A stretch of 64,000 nucleotides of DNA from Octopus vulgaris (Eukaryota): contig OX597832.1 in assembly GCA_951406725.2 (NCBI GenBank), positions 20,150,001 to 20,214,000 on the forward strand. Reading direction: 5' to 3'. Of this stretch, positions 1 to 12,889 are shown one piece after another. A program made the translations under genes and the position numbers. How positions within the stretch are numbered: position 1 is the stretch's first letter; every line of letters begins with the position of its first letter. The notes under the pieces were generated by a model. The model was not told where the DNA came from and ran no database searches. It saw nothing but the letters and a program-made list of their open reading frames with translations.

Positions 1-28
1 TATATATATATGTAAGTATATATATGTT

Positions 29-141
<113 letters not shown>

Positions 142-388
142 AGAGAGAAAGAGAAATAGAAAGATAGAAAGTTAGGTGGACAGATAGATTTATTGATAGA
201 GTAACAAGAAGAAAAGGAAAGGAGAGCAAGTAGAGGAAGAGGGACGCTCGAAAAATGTAATTACATTAAGCTAGACTGAAACGTGATGTGAGAACAACGA
301 GTGAATTTAATGCATTGAGTTAGAAAGTGGACGTTGGTCATTGTGAGTTCGAGAGAGAAAACCACAATAGGAACCATTAATAGACGCT

Positions 389-610
389 CATATACGAACC
401 AGAAAGTCCCTGGAGAAGGACATCATGCTCAGAATAGTCAGTGGCAAGAGAGGAATAGGCCGACCAAGAACCCGCTGGCTTGACACCATCAAGAGTGATA
501 ACGGAATGGACATAGCCAATCTGATAGAAGCGGCCCAGGATAGAACTGACTGGAGGACACTGATCCAACGAGTAACCGAGAGTCGACTTAGACTGAGCGG
601 ATAGATAGAT
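389..610 (+). mobile_element. RTE-clade (BovB-like) LINE 3' fragment
   Basis: Frame from 389 reads HIRTRKSLEKDIMLRIVSGKRGIGRPRTRWLDTIKSDNGMDIANLIEAAQDRTDWRTLIQRVTESRLRLSG* (stop 602-604), then a (TAGA) tail. Matches the RTE/BovB C-terminal pattern SLEK..ML..G.R..GR...RW.D...DR..WR..SR.RL. Confidence 0.9.
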
Positions 611-989
611 ATGAACCAGTCAAATAATATACTTGTATATATATATATATATATATATATACAACACACAAAAAAAGCATTTACGAGGCGGATAGTGAAT
701 ATTCCTGGGTCTAGGTAGAAGGATTTTGAGGAGGATCAGTTAATTATGATTTTATTAAGCGTTTTCAACAGTCCCTCAGAGTCACAAAATTATTGCAGCG
801 GTCATTCAGTTTTTCTAAGCCGTGTAAAAAAACTTGGAGAGTTAGGGCTCCAATCAGGCCTTTCAGGAAACCCTTAAAGTTGAAACATTTGAGCACCCAT
901 CGGTTGTGTCTGTGTACGTGTATATGTGTACATATATGTGTGTGCATTGAGGCGGGTGTGCATGTATGCATATATATATATATATTTCA

Positions 990-1194
990 AAATGTGACCG
1001 CGTGTGTACCGTTGCCGATTTTTTTCCTCTGTCTTCCCCTCTCTGGATCTTTCCTTCTCCAATGTTTCCGACAAAGAGCTCTGCTCGAAACGTAAAACCC
1101 TCCTTCTTCCCTTCCTTCCTGAGCGTCCAATAATACTGTATTTGTTCCACGTCCTCGCGTTGTTGTGTTTTCTTGGGCTTTCTTGTTTGGATTA

Positions 1195-1198
<4 letters not shown>
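990..1198 (+). mobile_element. Penelope-like terminal fragment (copy 1) with degenerate hammerhead motif
   Basis: ~200-bp unit near-identical to 15770-15975(-) and 40109-40318(+), flanked by (TA)n. Contains gttt-CCGACAA-aGAGC-tct-GCTC-GAAACGTA-aaac. Confidence 0.65.
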
Positions 1199-1242
<44 letters not shown>

Positions 1243-1292
1243 TTACATTTCTAAATATCTCAGAGAGATATAAGCAGTAGTGGTACGATAGA

Positions 1293-1503
1293 GTAGTTGT
1301 ATATTGTCAACTTAATGTGACAGTCCCATGAAGGGAATCACACCACTGCTATTTAGCCCTAGGAAGCATCAACGCTTCCTGTCGGCCTTGACAAATTTCC
1401 TGCGTCCTTATGTTTACAAAGGGGAGACAAGTACCTCCACCCAGCTAAGCCTGCATTGAGAGACTAGTTTCTGAGTCTCATTAAGTTGACAGTATCAAAC
1501 TAC
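1293..1503. mobile_element. Foldback/MITE-like element with 29-bp imperfect inverted ends
   Basis: 1293-1321 gtagttgtatattgtcaacttaatgtgac versus the reverse complement of 1475-1503, gtagtttgatactgtcaacttaatgagac. Interior aligns with the left arm of 58347-58655. Confidence 0.7.
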
Positions 1504-1505
1504 AC

Positions 1506-1554
<49 letters not shown>

Positions 1555-1974
1555 GTATATTCATACATATATATATATATATATATACATGTATATATAT
1601 ATATATATACATATATATACATATATATATACATACATATATATATACATATATATACATACATACATATATATATATGCATATATATATATATTTGTGT
1701 ATCAGTTTTTATCCATCGCGTTAAACTGAACATGTATTTTAATACATTAATTACGTCCAGGTAATAATTAAGCGATACATACACTAATTATATAGATGGC
1801 AATGTTTCCTTTTTAACACTGGTAACAGTTATAGAAATTGAAACGCAAAAGTTACCGGCCTCTTCTCCCGAACGGCTAATATACGATGATACCAGTTGTC
1901 AACTGAGGGGTGGAGAAGGAATAAATACATCCACAGAGAGACACACGCATTCTCATCCACGCGCGTCCACATGC

Positions 1975-2130
1975 GCGCACACATACATGCATACGATAGG
2001 CCTCTTATTCAATTCCCGTCTGCGACATCAACTCACTGGAGCACTGTTCAGCCAGGTGCTGTACTGGAGAATATTTGGTCAAGGTGCCACGCAGTGGGAC
2101 TGAACCCGGAAGCAAGCTTCTTACCACACA
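1975..2130 (-). mobile_element. SINE-B 5' part, diverged
   Basis: caaggtgccacgcagtgggactgaaccc...cttaccacac matches the SINE-B head. Confidence 0.75.
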
Positions 2131-2268
2131 CACGCACACACACACCACGCACATATACATACAGGTGTATATATATATATATATATTCCTTCTAGTATAC
2201 GCACAAGGCCCGATATTTGGGGCTTGTATATACATACATCATACATACGTACATATATATATATACAT

Positions 2269-2345
<77 letters not shown>

Positions 2346-2478
2346 TATAGATATATATATACACATATATATATATATATATACACATATATATATATGC
2401 ATATATACATATATATATATATATATACATATATATACATATATATATTATATATATCTATACACACACACACACACG

Positions 2479-2523
<45 letters not shown>

Positions 2524-2586
2524 TCCTAGTATACGAACAAGAACTGATATTTGGGGCTTGTATATGCATGCATCATACATACGTAC

Positions 2587-2624
<38 letters not shown>

Positions 2625-3369
2625 ATACGTGTGTTTACATACATACATAGTGGAAATAGTGGAGAAATAGATATACCGCGAGAGGTAACGTGTGAACATT
2701 TCTGGGTAAGAAAGATGGACGTCTTTCTAGTTAAACCGGAAACGCCCCGCTGTTTCAGAAATTCAATCCGTTTGTTTATAGTAAGAGAGTCAGGTAGATC
2801 ACAGGAGATATGCAAATTAGCTGCATGCACGTGAGAAGCATTTCGAAAGTTTTCTCAGGAAAAAGCTTAAATATTCAGAAATCTGGATTTAACACTGTTT
2901 CTTTAAAGTACACTTACATTCGGAATTCTAGGGGTGAGCGAATTTTGAATGAATAAAAGAGATTTCGCACAGTTAAAACAACATATCACTTCAACTAAAT
3001 TCATAGCAATAAAGCAAGAAGTTAAAGAAATAATGCATAGCGTGTTAATGATTCATTAAAATGTTACTTAAATGTATTCTGGTATACGATATCTAGCAAC
3101 GAAAGACAAGATACTGACAGAAGAATAGTATAGTCGTTTAAAAGTAGCGATAAAGTCTAACATTTTGATTCATATAAGTAGTTTTCCAGTGACAAAAATC
3201 AATGATTGAAAGACAGTGTAGCTTGTATATGTTGCAAACGAGGTTAGATCACTGTCGTGCCTGAAAAACTCGTGCCATCCACCGAACACAACCAATACGG
3301 TCGTAAATTTGTGGTCTGGTGGTCTTGGAGGTAGGGTGACAAGAGTTATCTCCCGCTTGCAATAAATAT

Positions 3370-3965
3370 CCGTTTCTACTCTAGGCACAAAGCCCTATTG
3401 GGGGGGGGGGGGCGGGGCGAGGAAAGTCGATTAGATCGCCCAGTACGTAACTGGTACTTAATTTATCGACCCCGAAAGGATGAAAGACAAAGTCGACCTC
3501 GGCAGTATTTGAACTCAGACCGTAAAGACAGGCGAAATAACTATTTCTTTACTACCCACACCCACAAGAGGCTACACACAGAGGGGACAAACAAGGACAG
3601 ACAAACGGATTAAGTAAATTACATCGACCCCAGTGCGTAACTGGTACTTAATTTATCGACTCCGAAAGGGTGAAAGGCAAAGTCGACCTCGGCGGAACAT
3701 GAACTCAGAACGTAACGGCAGACGAAATACCTATTTCTTTACTACCCACAAGGAGCTAAACACAGAGGGGACAAACAAGGACAGACAAACGGATTAAGTC
3801 AATTACATCGACCCCAGTGCGTAACTGGTACTTAATTTATCGACTCCGAAAGGATGAAAGGCAAAGTCGACCTCGGCGGAATTTGAACTCAGAACATAAC
3901 GGCAGACTAAATACGGCTACGCATTTCACCCGGCGTGGTAATGTTTCTGCCAACTCACCGCCTTC
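3370..3965 (-). mobile_element. SINE-A head-to-tail trimer with 14-bp target-site duplication
   Basis: One tRNA-like head (A box TGGCAGAAAC, B box GAGTTCAAATTCC) and three bodies. Direct repeat cttgcaataaatat at 3356-3369 and 3966-3979. Confidence 0.92.
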
Positions 3966-4107
3966 CTTGCAATAAATATTGAGTGCGAAAGGATAATGAA
4001 TAAACCAGCTGCAGGAGATATCGATATCGCCTGAGATATCGTCATCTTTTATACAACAGCCACGTTAAAGTGGCCATAAACACCACCTTTATACACACAC
4101 ACACACG

Positions 4108-4143
<36 letters not shown>

Positions 4144-4169
4144 ATATTTACTATATATGTGTATATATC

Positions 4170-4563
4170 TCTTTACTCTTTACTCTTTTACTTGTTTCAG
4201 TCATTTGACTGCGGCCATGCCGGAGCACCGCCTTTAGTCGAGCAAATCGACCCCGGGACGTATTCTTTGTAAGCCCACTATCGGTCTCTATTGCCGAACC
4301 GCTAAGTGACGGGGACGTAAACACACCAGCATCGTTTGTCAAGCAATGCTAGGGGGACAAACACACACACACACATACACATATATATACATATATACGA
4401 CAGGCTTCTTTCAGTTTCCGTCTACCAAATTCACTCGCAAGGCATTGGTCGGCCCGGGGCTATAGCAGAAGACACTTGCCCAAGGTGCCACGCAGTGGGA
4501 CTGAACCCAGAACCATGTGGTTGGTTAGCAAGCTACTTACCACACAGCCACTCCTGCGCCTAT
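4170..4563 (-). mobile_element. SINE-B full length (tRNA head, CORE-like segment, internal microsatellite)
   Basis: A box TGGCTGTGTGG, B box GGTTCAGTCCC, GGCACCTTGGGCAAGTGTCTT CORE-like motif, internal (TA)/(TG), tail (GTAAAAGA)n. Confidence 0.92.
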
Positions 4564-4767
4564 CTACGTATGTGTATGTGCGTTTGTGTGTGTACCAGCT
4601 ACATGCAACCTTGAAGTTATGTAAAACTGTCATTCATATCAAACCAAATCTTACGGTTCTCTCTCTTGATTTTCGAATTATCTTCTTGACAATACCTGTC
4701 ATGATGTACTGGTTAGGTGCTTGTCATGTTGAGAACTATACCGATAATGCATATATATTTATATATG

Positions 4768-4807
<40 letters not shown>

Positions 4808-5314
4808 TTGTTTTTATTTCCACGTCAGATATTTCCGATTAAATCAATATTGGTGTATAAACTGGTACACCGACAATAGATCTTCAAGTAAAGTCACATT
4901 TCAATCTGTGAAAATGTGGTTTTGTGTTGTTTTGGCTTCCGTTCATCACTCATTTTTATCTTTTTCCAATTTGAATGGTGATGACTTTCTAAAAGATATT
5001 GAAGTCTATCTCACAATGCATTACATACGATGCAATACAATAACACACATGCACACACGCACACACACACATGCACATGCACACAAGCACATGCATATAT
5101 TTATATATATATATATATATACGAGTTCAGTAAAATTTAGATTCAGATGAATATGGCACTTAAATTAAAGGCACCAGAATTTAGTATATTATTATATACC
5201 ATATAATTCAAAATTGGGGGATTATAATCAACAAGGATATCCAGAGGTAATGCAGTACGATCGTTTCTTGCGGCTCCATTTAATTGAACAATGCAAACAT
5301 TACATCAATTTACG

Positions 5315-5478
5315 GCGTAGGAGTGGCTGTGAGGTAACTAGCTTGCTTACAAAACACATGGTTCCGGGTTCATTCCTACTGCGTGGCACCTTGGGGAAGT
5401 GTCTTCTACTATACCCTCGGGCCGACCAAAGCCCTGTGAGTAGATTTGGTTGACGGAAACTGAAAGAAGTCCGCCGTA

Positions 5479-5536
<58 letters not shown>

Positions 5537-5538
5537 TT

Positions 5539-5585
<47 letters not shown>

Positions 5586-5790
5586 TTGTCCCCTTCCCTC
5601 GCAACATCGCTTGACAACCGATGCTGGTGTGTTTACGTCCCCGTACCCTAGCGGTTCGGCGAAAGAAACCGATTGAATAAGTACTAGGCTTACAAAGAAT
5701 GAAGTCCTGGGGTCGATTTGCTCGACTAAAGGCAGTGCTCCAGCATGGCCGCAGTGAAATGACTGAAACAAGTAAAAGATTAAAGAGAGC
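5315..5790 (+). mobile_element. SINE-B full length
   Basis: Same architecture with an expanded internal (TA)n(TG)n. Confidence 0.9.
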
Positions 5791-6465
5791 AAAGAGTGTA
5801 TAAACACTTACACGCTCAAACATATAACGCCCAAGGACACATACACACAAACATATGTGTGTACCAGAGGCGGTATACATTGGAATACGAGGTTGTGCGT
5901 AGAAACATCCCTATTTTTCTTTGAATATTTTATATTTGTTCCAAATTCGAAATTCATTAATGTACTCCATCGAAGCCATTAAGCAGATTAGAAAGAATAT
6001 TTTTTTGCAAAAACGCATATACTCAGGCGTTAGTCCCCAGAGAATATGAAGCTGGAGCTATAATATAAGTTTGAAATACACAGATGGTCAGTTTTTTTTA
6101 ATGTGGGGGTAGGCATTACGAGACAAAAAATAAAATAAAACTGCTCACGTGACTTAGTGACCGACGGGGCAGTTACGTTCAAAATATATACGTGCTTTCA
6201 CAGTCTCAGCAGAAGACGATGAGAAAATTCCCGACCGTCTGCCAAACAAGTATAGCAACCATTCAATCTCCATTTTTACCTCTCAGTCTCGCGCTCTCTC
6301 TTTTTCTCTCCTCCCCCCTCTCTCTACCTCTCCCTCTTTCTCCACCTCAGTTACATATATGTGTGTGTGCGCGTGTGTGTGTTTATGTATGTATATGCAT
6401 ACACATAGACATATATGTTCATGCAAGCACGCACACATACATACACACATACATGCATACATACG

Positions 6466-6503
<38 letters not shown>

Positions 6504-6537
6504 AATACACACACACACACACATATAAATATATATA

Positions 6538-6765
6538 CTGTAATCCCTCGCCATATCGCGGTTCACCTATCGCGGTTTATTACTTAAGCTTACGTCTATT
6601 CCTCCGTGGTCTTGTCTTGCTTTGCATTTATGATAAAATGAATATATAAAAACCATGAAAATAATTTTTAAAAATATACAGTAGAGTACTGTTTCAACTT
6701 CGCGGATTTTCACCTATCGCGGGCGATTTTGGAACATAACACCTGCGATAGACGAGAGATTACTG
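6538..6765. mobile_element. pogo/Tigger-type MITE
   Basis: Ends ctgtaatccctcg / cgagagattactg (about CAGTAATCCCTCG), TA on both sides, internal repeat ttcacctatcgcgg twice. Confidence 0.8.
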
Positions 6766-7070
6766 TATTTATATATGTGTATGTGCGTGTGCAAGACCAC
6801 GTATGTATATTTAAACGTGTGTGTGTGTATGTATGTATGTACGTGCTTTTCCGCGTGTATATTGTATCCTCGTCATTTATTTCTGTGTCATATCTATTGA
6901 TTGTTAGTCTCCACTCGTTATCAAAAAATTTAACCATTCTGTGCGAGTGTTCAAATTTTCACTTTACGTTTTTACTCATCGTGTTCATTTTCCCCATTTT
7001 TACAAGTTGTAAAATTTATATTGTTCGTATTAATATCGTTATTAGTGTATTGATATAATATTTTTAATAG

Positions 7071-7290
7071 GCGGCGAGCTGGCAGAAACGTTAGCACGCC
7101 GGGCGAAATGCGTAACTGTATATCGTCTGCCGTTACATTCTGATTTCAAATTCCACCGATGTTGACTTCGCCTTTTATCTTTTCGGGGTCGATAAATTAA
7201 GTACCGGTTACTAACTGGGGTCGATGTAATCGACTTAATCCGTTTGTCTGTCCTCTCTGTGCTTAGCCCCTTGTTGGTAGTAAAGAAATA
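7071..7290 (+). mobile_element. SINE-A monomer
   Basis: ggcggcgagctggcagaaacgttagcacgccgggcg ... gtagtaaagaaata. Confidence 0.92.
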
Positions 7291-7634
7291 GATATATTAT
7301 TTTTCATATCCGTCAACTTATGGCGTTATTTTTACGTAGCAGCGCACGTAATATAATAGTAATATATTGGCTAAAGAATAATAAATTATAGGGCGCCGAA
7401 CAACAACGCCCGCAATGACGATGGGACGAAACAAAATCGTAGCAAGATGGAACAATGTTTTCCTTTTTCTTTTCTTTTTTATTGTGTAGCTGTCAGTCGT
7501 CCTTAAGGAGATCTTGCGTAGACGTGCACATACAAATGCAGACGCGTAGTCAACATTAACATACTGAGGTCCTTCCGTCATTTTATCGACCCCTTTACGT
7601 TCTGTTTTCAAATTATATTGTGTCTTACTTTATC

Positions 7635-7971
7635 GTTCATCCTTTCGGGATTGGTACATTAAAGTACTAGTCAACTACTTCGGTTGCTATAACAGACTTT
7701 CGTCATTCATCTTTAAAATATGCTGGGTTTCTAACGAACTTTGAAACCATCAACGGGTCGGGCTAAATACTTAGCAGCATTTCGTCCGGCTTTCTGTACT
7801 GAGTTCAAATTCCTCCGAGGTCAACTTCCCATTTCATCCTTGCAAGGCCGATAAAATAAGTACTAAGTTTAACACTGGGGGGAGGGACAATATAATCGAT
7901 TTATCCCTCCCTCAATATGCAATCGACTTACCCCTTCCCCCAAACTGCTGGCCTTGTGCCAAAATTTGAAA

Positions 7972-8033
<62 letters not shown>

Positions 8034-8210
8034 ATTGTTGTTGTTGTTTTTGTTGGCGGTGGTGGTGGTTGTGGTCAAACTGCGCCAGTGTCCACTTTGG
8101 CATTAATCCTTTCGGAGTCGATAAATTAAGTACCAGCTGCGTACTGGGACCGATCTAATCGTCTGACCCCCTCCCCCAAATTTCGTACCTTGTGCCTATA
8201 ATAGAAATGT
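7635..8210 (+). mobile_element. Cluster of decayed SINE-A pieces separated by (TAT)n
   Basis: Recurrent ttcatcctttcggg / gataaaataagtac / ccttgtgcc motifs. Confidence 0.75.
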
Positions 8211-8225
8211 TTATTATTATTATTA

Positions 8226-8351
<126 letters not shown>

Positions 8352-8939
8352 CTGTTTTGTAGTATATTCGATAATGATGACGACGATGATGATGATGCTA
8401 ATGATGGCTGTTGTGTTTTTTTGTTTATTTCGTTTGTTGTCTCTTTGTTGCTTGTTTTAGCTATTTTAAAAACATTTATTTTTACAAACAAGCATTTCAA
8501 GTATTTATCTTTTTTTTTTGTCTCCCAGATTATAAAACACATTTTACGCACGTACGTGCTGGCATACTTAGAAACATGCACATATGCATAAGGACGTACC
8601 TACATTAACATACGTATACATATATTCATGACATAAGCACACGCAATTAAGATAAACATATATGTAAGTGACTAAAAACAATAGCCACTGAAAACATACG
8701 GAAGCACGTACAAACTAACAGTTTCTTTTTTTGTGTGTAGTGTCAATATCTGAATGTATTTTATGTTGTGTTTCGTTTTTTACCGTTTGTCTAACCTTCA
8801 CATTTCCAAACGTGTGGGCTATACACCCTTCCCACATACATGTGTATCAAACAAACGCCCTCACACGTGCTTACCACATTATAATATAATACTATTATTG
8901 TTGATTTTTCTCTTAATAAAAATACAAAAATAATGTGAT

Positions 8940-9530
<591 letters not shown>

Positions 9531-9874
9531 AGTATGGTCACGATTGGTGATGATAATATTGATGTTGGTGTTTTTTTTTTGTCATTTGTTTAATGCTTTC
9601 CCACAAATTAATTTCCGATCAACGCAAGAAGCTTTTTTAAAATTAGTTATGTGTTTATATGCAGTTAATTGCAGCTTAGGGAATATTGTATATTATATAC
9701 CAAAGATTGCAAAAAATATATATATAAGAAACAGGGTTGCAGAACTGAACAATTTGTATGCAACAAAATACAATTGAATATAATATGATATAATATTGTT
9801 CCATATACATAAATAATAAATAATACACATATATATATATACGTACATATATATATACGTACATATATATATAC

Positions 9875-9945
<71 letters not shown>

Positions 9946-10799
9946 AGTATGTATGTATGTGTGTATATATGTACATTATTGTATCATGCAAATGATATAT
10001 AAATATCAATAAGGTTATACAAAATGTACGTGCTTGTTAATATTATTAATTCGTGAATTATATGAGTAATACGTTGCGATTTGTTTGAGCGATAATGTGA
10101 AATTATATATCAAATTTTCATTGATGCTTTTCCTGCTTTCAACTGTTAAATCTATTTGTTTGGAAAATACGAAACAAAATTACATAATAAATTTATTTGT
10201 ATTTAAGTTAATATCATTAATTCTATGTATTTATATATTTAATTTTGGTTTTCACTGCGGGTCATTCTTAATCTGAGAGTTGAATGATCAAAGATATTCA
10301 AGCCTGAAGCATAACTAAATATGCTTATTTATTTTATTTATTTATTTATTTATTTATTCCTATCTGTGTATGTATATATCTTTCTTTCTGCTAGAAATAA
10401 ATCTTATTGGCCATTTTTTTTTATTGGATTTCCGAAAAAAATTTATACGAAAAAAATAAATATTTCACAAAATAAAAAATATGTAAAATCAGAAAAATAT
10501 GTCTATCTAAGATCATATTATCCGATTTGTGCTTCTTTTCTTTTAAGATGATTAAGTCTAATTTGTTGCAGACTTCCTAGCTATGGCTTTCAAGCTTGCG
10601 TGTTGGCTGGCTTTAAAGTGAAGTTTTATAATATTTCTGTAATACAATAATATATTTTTCAAAAAGAGTTTATAGTTACTGTCATCAGCTGCAGTACTTT
10701 CAAAGTTTTCCCTTGCTCCATTGAGAAATTCCAAATGATGCTTCAACCTGGTGTGTTATCTGCAGTTTCCATAGCAGCAAGGCGACGAGGAAGTATATA

Positions 10800-10930
<131 letters not shown>

Positions 10931-11059
10931 GTTGTGTGAGGGAGGGTTATTATGCCAGTATAATTAACACGTACACTGGTTCAATTCCACTCATTTATCA
11001 AATATCCTACTATTTTAGTTTTGTTTGTTAAAGCTCTTTCGTTGCTTCTTGCAACCTCA

Positions 11060-11091
<32 letters not shown>

Positions 11092-11147
11092 TATAAATAT
11101 CTATATGTGTGTGTAGGTTTATATATATATACATATATGTGTGTATA

Positions 11148-11223
<76 letters not shown>

Positions 11224-11819
11224 TAGATATATACATACATACATACATACATAGATACATAGATAGATATATGTGCGTATGTATGTATGAGAGAAGGCTG
11301 ATTTTCGCAGTTAGCTTTATTTTATCCTATATAAAAAATAAGAAACTGGACAAAGGAACTTGTTACACTCGACATGTGACTAAGTGCGTCCATTTTCAAA
11401 ATACATCGTCAATGAGTTTCTCTTCTGCTTACGAAACGAAAACTTCAGAAAATGCCCCTCGTATTTCATAAACTCTTTTAAAGCGCAGAGAAAATGATAT
11501 ATTATGACTTCAGTGCTATGTGTATCTAAGCAAATAGGCGAACTGCATTTGCGTTTTAAGTTTTAGTATTGGTCAATTAATAAAGGCGTTTTATTTTAAA
11601 AATCTCTGCTTTCCCTGTCTTGAGCAAGAGAGAATATATCGACAGGAGAGGTAGAATGCGCACTATTTGTTACTTGAACAACATAAACACCGAGAGAATG
11701 CAAGATGTATTCCCCAAATTTGCTTGAAAATGATTCGAACGTAGAGTCAAAACCAGGTAGCACATCAGTTATGTGGTCTTTCGAAAGACATTCCAAAGAA
11801 AGCGGGAATCAAAACGATA

Positions 11820-12085
11820 GCGAAATTATCGTATAACAAAGGTTACAACAAGCAGATCTCATACTTCGGTTACCAGAAACAGACCCATTCTAGAACAGCT
11901 CTCAAACAGGCACCACCAATGGGAAAAATAAAGAGAGGAAGAGCAACATGTTCCTCGCCAAGAACATGTATAACCGATACAACAGAGGCCTATATCATGT
12001 GATATAAAAAACTGCAGCTAATGAAATCTAGTGATGTGACCTTGCTGACCAACGTACTCCAAAGTACAGGAGGAACTTATAATGA
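11820..12085 (+). mobile_element. Decayed RTE-clade LINE 3' fragment
   Basis: Frameshifted LILRLPETDP / SRTALKQAPPMGKIKRGR resembles RTE HILR....ALKW.P.GKRKRGRP. Confidence 0.6.
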
Positions 12086-12889
12086 TGCTGATTATGTAGT
12101 ACCAACGGAAAAAATGTTGATCTAAATCTTCGCCAGAAAAGGTCAGAGAGAACGATAACCAGATCATACCCTAGGGTATAGCAATAGAAATAGAGGACGT
12201 AAATGAAATATCAGTTTTAACAGTCGATAATGAAGAACGAAAACAAATAAGTAAAACTATTCTGAAATAAATAGTAAAAAGTTACGTAAAGAGAGAGCTA
12301 GCCAGGAAGTGGCATCTAAGAGACAAACAATCACCATAATTAGAGAAGCTTCGGGAATGGTTAGAAAAAATGCATGCAAGCAGTTGCGTGACAAATGTCA
12401 CGTGACTTCCTGATATGCATGACGGTGAAAATAGCATTGCTGCACGTTGCACATAAAACGGAATATTTCTAGTACATGAGAAAATACAAAACCACAAGAA
12501 GATACTAGATATAGTAAAGGCCAACATAGCGCCACTTTAATCTACGCAGGAATCGTGCAATGAAAATAAGAAATTGAATAATAATTTCTCAATTGGGAAC
12601 GATTCATTTGACTGATAATTAGATTATTTACTGACGTGAGAAATACGACAAACGAAGGACGCTAGGCAGATAAATATTGCCTGTCCTTCCTGGACAAAGG
12701 AGTCGATGGGACGATTTCCACATTAGACTCAATCGATTGCCGAATGCGTCCTACATTCGCCAGCAAGAGTTAAACGTAAAGTTACAAGATCGTGTTGCTC
12801 AGGTATTGAACGAGTGCATGCAGAACATAATAATAATTTAGGAATTAATAGCAAATCGCTTGACTAACCAGAGGGATAAATAGAAAAGA

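Noticed and set aside
1486-2834. Long YI/IY/HT/CV-rich ORFs here and throughout the window
   Set aside because: Translations of (TA)n, (CA)n and (TG)n, which lack stop codons in these frames.
4476-5150. 224-aa ORF and the recurrent [22 protein letters not shown] peptides
   Set aside because: Antisense translation of SINE-B running into AT-rich and microsatellite sequence.
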